Below, one piece after another: positions 57,001 through 64,000 of a stretch of 64,000 nucleotides of DNA; positions within the stretch are counted from its first letter, which is position 1, and each line of letters starts with the position of its first letter. The DNA is from Fidelibacterota bacterium (lineage in GTDB: Bacteria > Fidelibacterota > Marinisomatia > SCGC-AAA003-L08 > GCA-2689995). The notes beneath the pieces are model-generated. The model was not told where the DNA came from. It was given only the letters and a program-made list of their open reading frames with translations, and ran no database searches. The stretch covers positions 76,447-140,446 of the forward strand of contig NZIV01000062.1 of NCBI GenBank assembly GCA_002689995.1. Direction: 5' to 3'. The position numbers were made by a program, and so were the translations under genes.

Positions 57001-60000
57001 GCCATTATTAATACCCAGATTAATATTTAAAGCTAAGCTATTTGGGATACAATTATTATTAAAATTCTCACAGTATCCCGGGAAGAATAATTCACCTTCA
57101 ATATTATAAAAGGGTAGGCCAGTAGAGATGAGAAAATGTTTGCCTGCAGACATAATTGGTGTTGGACCATCATATACTTCATCAATTTGTATTCCATTTA
57201 TTGACCATTCAGATATATCTAAATCGAATGGAGTCATATTTAGCAATTCTATGTAGTCAGGTACAGATGTACCCTGTACAGGAGAAAAGAAAAATTCATT
57301 GATTACAACACCTCTAGAACAACTGCCGTCGTCATTTAATGCATTTGGGTCAAAATTTAAATATTTATAACCCCAGCTTGAAAACTCAACTGTAGTTGTG
57401 TCAATTTTTTGTATTATTGAGTCTCCACCATTAAGATTCCAAATACCATTTAAATCAAGATCATTAAATATATCTGAACATAATCCAGTCTCTAAGACAG
57501 GATTTTCACCATTGCTACATAGTCCATATATATCTGGATATAGTCCATCAGCATCATTATTGCACCCACAAAAACCATACTGATCACTTGCATTAGGAGT
57601 TTCTTCACTGCAGTATCCATTGCAATCTATATTAGAGCCAATATACTGCCCATTTAACTCATTATTATTCCCCCCACATATACCGCATAAGTCTATTCCA
57701 TTTGCACCAGCTAAAGGGTGAGTTGATTCAAGCCCAATATATACTTCACAATTTTGAGACCCGATATTGAAACCCTCATAATCTTCTTCACATAATAATG
57801 AGTAGTTCTCATTATTAAAATAAATATAATCAGAAGACATATTTATATCAATATTGTCTAATAAACTTGGCGGCATACATGTGCCTTGACAATCTTGAGT
57901 GCCATTTGGAATTAAGTTAGTCATACCTCCTGTACAAATTCCACATTGATCTATTAAAGCGACACCGTTTAAATCTCCTACATCAATAAACTGCTCACCC
58001 TCATCATAAATACCATTTTCATTTGAATCAGTATATTCTTCGCCCTCATCATATATACCGTTTAAATTGCAATCATATTGACCTTCATTATCAATATTAT
58101 TCTGAAGTGTTAAAACTGAATTTTGCCCTATATTACTTAAAAAAGATATTTCATCAACCTGAAAAGTTGTAATAGATATATCAGTATTTCCAGGCTGTAA
58201 AGCATAAAACTTAATACTCCCAAGTTGATTAAAATCTTCTCTAAAAAATGTATAATTATTTATAGAGTCAGAGTAGGCAGTAACAAAAAGCTGTCCATTT
58301 AATGCATTATGAACAATAGTATAATGTGCACCTTGGTTTAATAGGTCTAAAGTATTAATTTGACTTTCAAAATCAATTATATTTATTTTCAATGGATCAT
58401 AATTAATAATAATGTCCAAAGCTTCCATATCTTCTATTTGGTTAATTTTTAAATTTATACTCCCGGGGTCGCCACTATAATCAAAAGCATTGCCGCTTTG
58501 ACTCATTTCCACTATTGGGATTAATGGTTCTATATCGATATCAAATTGGTTGGTCGCACAACCATATGCTGTTTCAATATTTAATACAGCAGTTTTTATA
58601 ATGTTTTCAAAGCCTGTAATACTATATGTATACTCATTTATCGTATTCCCATTTAATAATCCATTTTGATCAATAACTCCATCATTATCAAAATCCCATG
58701 AATACTGCTGGTTTAATCCGTTACCTAATAAATTATGCCCACTATTATCACATTCTACAACAGGTATGCTGTCTCCTGCACAAATAGTAATTATTTCAAA
58801 CTCTAACTCGGTACCAGAATAGATAGAATCATTTTCAGTAATAATATTACCATCTACATCTTTTACCAAAAATGCAGCCAATGGTGCAATTTTATCACCT
58901 AAAATTGCAACCTGTCCATTTTGCAACGTTTCATTGCTATTGAAACCATACGTAGATTCGTTAATATCAAATTTACTTATATAAATTATATCACTTTCAC
59001 CGTGAAACCCAGTCAGAGGGATATTGATTTCTGCAAATACTGAATCAGAATGCATAAATGTATTTAATGGATCTCCATTTAAAGAAAATATAGCTATACC
59101 TAATCTTCCAATCTCTGTATCATTTATTTGATATTGAAAGCTTTCAGGTAAATCTATCAATGCAGTAGAAATATAATCACCAATCACGGAGGGATAATAG
59201 CTCATACTTGAACATTCAATTTGATTACTAAATTCTTCTGTGTTCCAGTTAAATTGTAAATCTAAACTATATATTGGAGTGTCTGGTAAATATTCAAAAC
59301 TGATTGGCATTGCAACTGTATCGCTCTGATTTCCAGATATATTACCTAATAAAAGTTTGGGATTAACTGAACGAATATTAGACTCAACCTTTCCTGATGC
59401 ACCTTTATTATCAGTGATAATTAATTCTACAGTTATATCTGCATCCTCAAAGGTTTCAGGAATTGTTAAAATAGAAGATGAAGACGTAATATTATCAATT
59501 TCTGCATAAATTTCCTGTTCTATATTATACTCATATATTCCATTCTGATTAATATCATTATATGGCTCATAACTATCAAAAATACCATTTTGGTTAATAT
59601 CAATATATGTTTCTTTTCTTATAACTGGTTTTACAGACCAAAGATAGGAGTCTATATCACTGTTTATATCATAAGATAGTTCTGATGAAAGATAAATATA
59701 ACTTCCAGTTAAACCAGATTCTTGAGATAATGTGATTTGAGGAATAGGAGGTGTATTTGGTAAAATTGGTAAAATAAAGCGCTTTGTAACAGTAATAGAT
59801 TCATTTATATCACCTATAGAATCTTGATTTATATAAAAAATTTCATCTGAAATAACTATATCAAATACACATATATCGCGTTCTAAATTTTCATGGAAAA
59901 AACCAAAGACATCAAAATAATATTCTCCATCAAAATAGTTTAATTCACCTATTTCTAAAAGTGTATCAACAATATTTCCATTAAAAGTTACATCGCTAAT

Positions 60001-62046
60001 TGTAATTTCATAATCGCTAAGATCATGGTTATCAATATCTTGAAATTTAATTGTAGTTGAATAATTAACTGCGCCAAAAGCCGCATCTAAATCTTCTGAA
60101 TCGGTAATAATTTCAACAGGTGAATCGTTAATTGATAGAATATGAAATTGGATTGTATCTTGAATATAACCTAAATCATAATCTGAAATTTTAATTGCTA
60201 TATAGTTGTCATCATAATTATAATCATTAGGTGTACCATAAATTGTGAATTGATAAGTTTCATCCACTTGATAAAGGTTTTCATCATAACTCAACCAACT
60301 CGTTGCAGGACCATCTAACTCAATAGACATTACATCTGCAGGATGATTATCAATATCAGAGAACACAATTAGATTGGAATAATAAGAATCTTCATTAATG
60401 ACATGTAATTCTTCTTCAATATTTAAGTATGAAATTATCTCTGGATTAGCATCATTAATAGATTCTATTTGAGTATTTAATTCGGTCTGATCACTCAAAC
60501 CAAACTCATCAATAATTTCAAATGCTAAAGCTATATCATACACATCAACATCATCTGGTGTACCTGTAAAATAAATAGTGTACTCATTTTCTTCTTTCGA
60601 GATTGAATACTGCATATACCACTCAGAACTATTGTCAATCGCATTCACCTCAAAATCTAAAGGGTCTGTATCATCTGGGTCTATAAATTTAACTTGAAAT
60701 TCACTTTCGACTTCTTCTATAAAATACAACGTATCTACTTCATATGGAAAAAATATTGGAGAGTCATTTACAGGATTAATAATTACTCTAAATTGAAATG
60801 TATTACTTAAGTTATTTATTAAATTGTTATCTGATATCTGTATATTGACAATTAAATCTCCATAAAAATTAGAATCAGGCTGTATACTGTTTGTAGAGTC
60901 AAAGGTATAATTTTCACCTTCAAACAAAATAAGATTAAAGTCATCATTTTCATTTGGAGGGTCATAAATAAGTAAATCAGAAATATAAATTTGAAAAGAA
61001 CTATCTTCATTTACATTTCTAATAACTTGGTCCTCTATAATTGGAGCATCATTTACAGGATTAATTTCAAATAGAATATCTATAAAATCTGAATTACCAT
61101 AATCATCATAAATGATAAAAACTAGCTCAGTATGATACAAGTTGATATCGTCCGGATTCCCACCTATGCTTACTGCAAAATCTCCACCTCCATTTAAAGT
61201 AATTTCATTAATGCTCAACCAGTTAGACGCATTACCAGTTAATTCAATATTGAATTCAGAAGGAAATTGAGTATCTTCATCACTGTATTCTATTTGAAAA
61301 GAATAATATTCATCTTCATTGATAGTTAATACATCTTCAATCACTGAAGTAATTTGTGGTTCGGCAACTATATCAACAATTACTGAAAATATTTCACTTA
61401 AATTATTTTCCAACTCACCATCATTAATTTCAATATCAATTAATAATTGACCTAAAAAATCTTGTTCAACAAAAATTACATCGCCTGTAATTGTATAATA
61501 ATCTCCTGGAAAAATATTTATACTAAAATCTTCAGTATTATTATCTGGATCCTCAATAATAAAGTCATCAGGACTTAACTGAAAATTTGAGTTTTTTAAA
61601 TAAAATAATGAATTTTGATCTATAATTTGTGGGCGGTCATTAATACTCTGAATATCAACTTCGAATTCTAATGTATCATTAACTTGTATAGAGGCTAAAT
61701 TTTTATTTACAATTAAGGTAAAAGATGTATTCCCAAAATCAGAATCATCAGGAGTACCATAAAATTGAATATAAAATTGACTACTATCAATAAAAATTGA
61801 ATCTACTACATTTAACCAAAAATCGTTCTCTTCCAAAAATTCAAATGAATAATTTGAGATATCATTATTATCGGGACCAGAATCTGTAAAATAAATTGAA
61901 TGTGAACCATCCACCTCTTCAATATACTGAAAGACCGTATCTGGATAAACGAACTCTAAACTTTGACTAAAGCTTAAAGTTGTAAAGAATGAAATCAGTA
62001 GAAAATTAAATATAACCGATTTCAAAATATTTTCTTTAAAGTACAT
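54094..62046 (-). CDS. Giant (2650 aa) mosaic cell-surface protein with a T9SS C-terminal sorting domain
   Basis: Signal peptide, then six roughly 100-aa cadherin-like modules ending in (S/P)(I/V)ND(A/S/R)P. Also PKD-like (YSWDFDNDG), cohesin-like, TSP3-like D.N.NG..D, Cys-rich D.CG.C.GG, lamin-tail-like (VVINEFFF...DYIELLN), FN3-like and two 129-aa tandem domains. The C-terminus is YPNPFNP...GLYLIRM...KIMLVK. Confidence 0.8.
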   Translation of the reverse strand: MYFKENILKSVIFNFLLISFFTTLSFSQSLEFVYPDTVFQYIEEVDGSHSIYFTDSGPDNNDISNYSFEFLEENDFWLNVVDSIFIDSSQFYIQFYGTPDDSDFGNTSFTLIVNKNLASIQVNDTLEFEVDIQSINDRPQIIDQNSLFYLKNSNFQLSPDDFIIEDPDNNTEDFSINIFPGDYYTITGDVIFVEQDFLGQLLIDIEINDGELENNLSEIFSVIVDIVAEPQITSVIEDVLTINEDEYYSFQIEYSDEDTQFPSEFNIELTGNASNWLSINEITLNGGGDFAVSIGGNPDDINLYHTELVFIIYDDYGNSDFIDILFEINPVNDAPIIEDQVIRNVNEDSSFQIYISDLLIYDPPNENDDFNLILFEGENYTFDSTNSIQPDSNFYGDLIVNIQISDNNLINNLSNTFQFRVIINPVNDSPIFFPYEVDTLYFIEEVESEFQVKFIDPDDTDPLDFEVNAIDNSSEWYMQYSISKEENEYTIYFTGTPDDVDVYDIALAFEIIDEFGLSDQTELNTQIESINDANPEIISYLNIEEELHVINEDSYYSNLIVFSDIDNHPADVMSIELDGPATSWLSYDENLYQVDETYQFTIYGTPNDYNYDDNYIAIKISDYDLGYIQDTIQFHILSINDSPVEIITDSEDLDAAFGAVNYSTTIKFQDIDNHDLSDYEITISDVTFNGNIVDTLLEIGELNYFDGEYYFDVFGFFHENLERDICVFDIVISDEIFYINQDSIGDINESITVTKRFILPILPNTPPIPQITLSQESGLTGSYIYLSSELSYDINSDIDSYLWSVKPVIRKETYIDINQNGIFDSYEPYNDINQNGIYEYNIEQEIYAEIDNITSSSSILTIPETFEDADITVELIITDNKGASGKVESNIRSVNPKLLLGNISGNQSDTVAMPISFEYLPDTPIYSLDLQFNWNTEEFSNQIECSSMSYYPSVIGDYISTALIDLPESFQYQINDTEIGRLGIAIFSLNGDPLNTFMHSDSVFAEINIPLTGFHGESDIIYISKFDINESTYGFNSNETLQNGQVAILGDKIAPLAAFLVKDVDGNIITENDSIYSGTELEFEIITICAGDSIPVVECDNSGHNLLGNGLNQQYSWDFDNDGVIDQNGLLNGNTINEYTYSITGFENIIKTAVLNIETAYGCATNQFDIDIEPLIPIVEMSQSGNAFDYSGDPGSINLKINQIEDMEALDIIINYDPLKINIIDFESQINTLDLLNQGAHYTIVHNALNGQLFVTAYSDSINNYTFFREDFNQLGSIKFYALQPGNTDISITTFQVDEISFLSNIGQNSVLTLQNNIDNEGQYDCNLNGIYDEGEEYTDSNENGIYDEGEQFIDVGDLNGVALIDQCGICTGGMTNLIPNGTQDCQGTCMPPSLLDNIDINMSSDYIYFNNENYSLLCEEDYEGFNIGSQNCEVYIGLESTHPLAGANGIDLCGICGGNNNELNGQYIGSNIDCNGYCSEETPNASDQYGFCGCNNDADGLYPDIYGLCSNGENPVLETGLCSDIFNDLDLNGIWNLNGGDSIIQKIDTTTVEFSSWGYKYLNFDPNALNDDGSCSRGVVINEFFFSPVQGTSVPDYIELLNMTPFDLDISEWSINGIQIDEVYDGPTPIMSAGKHFLISTGLPFYNIEGELFFPGYCENFNNNCIPNSLALNINLGINNGQILIEDYTIMDYLNYSDEAYWPVGAPHIGHSVELIEPYKSRNLSSNWMTASEYFPNPYMATEDGEWDVSGGYNYGTPSSSNNAYNLNHSENCNEDLFIECNLTKYDCDDVFNGLAFNDLCGICAGGSTSNQPSVYDYDLGICSGNQDIIDCACTCYTESNFGAVVDDCGQCTLGNSGSFDLNGNIVIIPNDNLECESDSDCTIWGMVCNFNAVGSTGLCHHQFEGQKDICGTCRSGPECDGTNDDICDLYFNIPEDYSDVNQDGFYNLGEPFIDLNGDEIRNDGVDDCNVCTENAMNVYIDSNQDGQVSPCFDGDFDEYGNWISNCPDWQSVVEITGCPVDCLGDIDFDGSSDDVIADLDECGQCIECSTYDCLVEEDWNNSCIYDFSVETDMNILGIKLNWTPHLDYDYYQIFKDGQLLVDSLDVIETQYVDSDVTYPNTYCYYIMAFNELEEFTNPSPQQCASIDYYGNIQFGEFQFSENSNTVGINVDVSDEMDTISIYIGENIIIDTLINGLFDDNWYVTELTGNNFKIYPNNPNSSLEGFLELGDIVFTQTSSGLDDSFCIIGAELDPHYDVLYPDGFIAQLPACAYFGCINPDAFNFNENATIDDGSCQIPYYTVSIDPTGNYQNIIISAQIPELEVGDEIAVYDASGILSAECPSEYGDLLVGSNLYSGEDVEIDAIRATPCTPFNPNIQAEPGFVPGNDIIIKVWRHSSQIEMIYSVAEQGHVFSGNSIIVTELNIPLYYQLEIETTGNFQPITFGENLMGLEYGDHIGVFDYAGISSTECPAQFDTVLVGSGFYENETLTIDAIRATPCHPIFDESPAEPGFVVNNEIIIKIWRNSEQMEYIAQFSLDNPYLFGTQELIVDEILTNDFFVVPNEYHLYPVYPNPFNPIATIQYDIPEISYLSIEVFNVLGKRVAVLFNGTHHPGMHQIKWDGSNQPSGLYLIRMTSPKLNFIEKIMLVK
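54376..55149 (-). repeat. Tandem duplication of a 129-codon (387-nt) domain of unknown family inside the giant gene
   Basis: YYTVSIDPTGNYQ...ECPSEYGDLLVGS...IDAIRATPCTPF...AEPGFVPGNDIIIKVWRHS is repeated as YYQLEIETTGNFQ...ECPAQFDTVLVGS...IDAIRATPCHPI...AEPGFVVNNEIIIKIWRNS. The two starts are at 55149 and 54762. Confidence 0.7.
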
Positions 62047-62065
62047 TTAAATAATATCCTGTCGA

Positions 62066-64000
62066 TTATTTTAATAAAATCATTTTATGAGTTTTTATAT
62101 ACTTGCCTGCTTTCATTCTGCAAAAATAAATTCCACCAGGACTTTTCGATGCGTTCCACTTGATATTATATTTGCCAGCAGAATAATTTTTTTCATTAAT
62201 TAATTCGATAATTTTATTACCCATAATATCGTAAATACCAATACTCACGTTAGTTACTATTGGTAAATCAAAATGAATCTCAGTATCTGGATTAAATGGA
62301 TTTGGATAATTCTGATATAAATTAAAAGTTTTAGGAAAATTTAATTCAGAACTAGAAAGCTCTGTGCTATTAATAATTACATGGTCTGTAATATTAATAT
62401 TTCCATACTCATCTATTATTTCAAATCCAGACTCTGTATTTGACTCATTAATATAAAATTGATTAATTTTAATATCACTAGTCTCAAAATCACTATTTAT
62501 TTTTGAAAACTGTATATTTACAAATTCTTCAATAAAGGCTAATTCCATTGTTGCAAATGATGAAATTAGTATTTCACCTTCGTTTTGATTATATACTAAA
62601 TTATATCCTAAACTATATAATTCATTTTCAAGAAAAATTATATTCTCTAATTGGAAAAAATCATTATTAAATTCAATAACAATATCAACACCTTGAACCT
62701 CTACATTTTCAACTAGTTTAATCGGTAGTGAAAAATATTCATCCTCAATAAAAAACTCCACAGGGTTCATTCTGCTTTCTACCATTGAAATCAATGGAGA
62801 TGGATTCCAATTCCCTGTGACATCACCTAGTCGAATGGATAGATACATCGGACACTCAGAACTATTTACCATTGCTTCGCTACATGGCATATTTCTGTAT
62901 ACACCTCCAGAACATGTATTACCAATTACATTTGGATTATAAACACAGTCTGCGCTTATTAAAGAATTACCATCATTAATGGCACTAACAATTAAATCTT
63001 CAACGTCTAAAACTTCAGGGTAGAAAATCCAATGGATATTTTGCTCATTTAATGCATCAATCTGTCCAATTCTAAATCGAGCAACCTTAGATGCATCTAA
63101 ACCACTAACACTTCCATTCATAGTTACATCAGCTGCTAAACGTTGATAATTTGTAAATTCAATTAATCCAACTGAATTTCTTGCAATTTGTGACGCATCT
63201 GTTGAACTTAATTCTCCACCAATATCTAAAACATTATTTTTAGTCGCAGTTACATTGTAAGCCCCTGGCAGTATACCATAAAATGAAAATTCACCTGAAT
63301 AATTTGTTGTTGTATTATCTGCAAAATATTGATTTAAACTAGTATATCCTGCTAATGATAAATCGACGTTGGATGTCTTTTGACCATTTGAATAATAATC
63401 AATAGATCCAATGATTGATACGTAAAAATCACTAATTTCAATTGTACCATCATAATACAAATTCTGAAGTACCGGTGATGGATATAATATTTCAGCGCTA
63501 ATTATTCCAGAATCTATACTGCCGTCACCTGAGAAACCTGAAATAATAAATATTTGTTCATTATCAACTTCAAGTCCAGCGTTATTATTTTCTGGTAAAC
63601 TCACATAAAAATTAATTTGCCCACCACCCATACTATTAATTTCTATATTATAATTTTCAATAGAAAATGAATTTAATCCTTCAATAGCTATAGGCGTAAA
63701 TACTAACGGATCATAATGTATAACAACCGTCATTTCTGATATAGGCAGAGACTGTAATCCTTCCAAATTAATGGGAATATTTAATGGATAATTTGGTGGA
63801 GTATTTATAACTTCCGGGAAAGAGAAAATATAATTTGGCGTCATCGTTGTTGTTGTGATACAATCTTCATAATCATTAATATATTCAATATAATCATCAC
63901 CAATCTCTGCTGCTATTTTATAGCAATACTGAGTGCCAAATTCCAAGGCATTATCATTAAATGAGTTATTATGGGTTTCAAAAATTAATTGATTATTTCT
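62066..64000 (-). CDS. T9SS cargo protein with cohesin-like, CarboxypepD_reg-like and dockerin-like modules (5' end outside the window)
   Basis: The reading frame stays open from the listed TTG (63946) to the window end (RNNQLIFETHNNSFNDNALEFG...). The C-terminus is YQNYPNPFNP...GIYFCRMKAGKYIKTHKMILLK. Confidence 0.75.
   Translation of the reverse strand, partial: RNNQLIFETHNNSFNDNALEFGTQYCYKIAAEIGDDYIEYINDYEDCITTTTMTPNYIFSFPEVINTPPNYPLNIPINLEGLQSLPISEMTVVIHYDPLVFTPIAIEGLNSFSIENYNIEINSMGGGQINFYVSLPENNNAGLEVDNEQIFIISGFSGDGSIDSGIISAEILYPSPVLQNLYYDGTIEISDFYVSIIGSIDYYSNGQKTSNVDLSLAGYTSLNQYFADNTTTNYSGEFSFYGILPGAYNVTATKNNVLDIGGELSSTDASQIARNSVGLIEFTNYQRLAADVTMNGSVSGLDASKVARFRIGQIDALNEQNIHWIFYPEVLDVEDLIVSAINDGNSLISADCVYNPNVIGNTCSGGVYRNMPCSEAMVNSSECPMYLSIRLGDVTGNWNPSPLISMVESRMNPVEFFIEDEYFSLPIKLVENVEVQGVDIVIEFNNDFFQLENIIFLENELYSLGYNLVYNQNEGEILISSFATMELAFIEEFVNIQFSKINSDFETSDIKINQFYINESNTESGFEIIDEYGNINITDHVIINSTELSSSELNFPKTFNLYQNYPNPFNPDTEIHFDLPIVTNVSIGIYDIMGNKIIELINEKNYSAGKYNIKWNASKSPGGIYFCRMKAGKYIKTHKMILLK

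Noticed and set aside
53991-64000. tRNA-Leu as the integration site of a genomic island carrying the T9SS giants
   Set aside because: No integrase, no direct repeat of the tRNA 3' end, and no obvious compositional change were seen. The far boundary lies outside the window, so the idea cannot be supported.
1-64000. Search for CRISPR arrays, transposases, integrases, phage genes, rRNA, riboswitch-like leaders, and known defence or toxin systems
   Set aside because: No short direct-repeat/spacer arrays, no recognisable recombinase, Cas or restriction motifs in any listed ORF, and no structured conserved-looking leader were identified by eye. The absence is limited by manual inspection.

Overview
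This is a visibly AT-rich, very gene-dense bacterial chromosomal segment. Many neighbouring genes have 1-4 nt start/stop overlaps, and TTG/GTG starts are frequent. Two adjacent giant secreted proteins end in T9SS (Por-type) C-terminal sorting domains, which suggests an FCB-superphylum organism, for example a Marinimicrobia- or Ignavibacteria-like marine lineage. That placement is inference only, because no database search was possible. All product calls rest on motifs I recognised in the supplied translations or in my own hand translations.

Content, left to right:
- secA (partial), nusB, and a Leu-dehydrogenase / acyl-CoA dehydrogenase / 3-hydroxyacyl-CoA dehydrogenase operon.
- yaaA-like gene, then pntAA-pntAB-pntB transhydrogenase.
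- An aa3-type haem-copper oxidase locus: ctaB, coxA-coxC-coxIV, two tiny membrane ORFs, coxB, a divergent cupredoxin gene, and ctaA.
- lpxH with two lipoproteins, then a 1041-aa protease / beta-propeller / Omp85-barrel fusion.
- tgt, aspS, phoH, thiolase, a DUF3050 gene, and rsgA.
- A three-gene haem-c lipoprotein / His-rich 4-TM protein / YceI-like module.
- thrA-asd-thrB-thrC.
- A PNGase-F-like secreted protein, a hypoxanthine-DNA glycosylase-like gene, and a DEAD-box helicase with a long AT-rich upstream region.
- A 2-hydroxyacid dehydrogenase and a small accessory patch (MORN-variant proteins, a lipoprotein, an unlisted 50-aa ORF, and a 717-aa propeller-like protein).
- A DUF420/CtaM-like gene.
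- An unusual Rieske/cytochrome b operon: HEAT-repeat membrane protein, Rieske, split cytochrome b, and a 999-aa octahaem cytochrome c. It is preceded by tRNA-Leu(UAG).
- A 2650-aa and a >640-aa T9SS cargo protein.

I found no CRISPR array, transposase, integrase, rRNA or recognisable defence system.

The most unusual material is:
- the bc-type operon architecture;
- complementary charged tails on respiratory proteins;
- the cysteine-rich, cohesin/dockerin-like mosaic T9SS giants;
- the OM protease-propeller-barrel fusion;
- the haem-c / 4-TM / YceI module;
- two genes whose conserved N-termini lie upstream of any canonical start codon.
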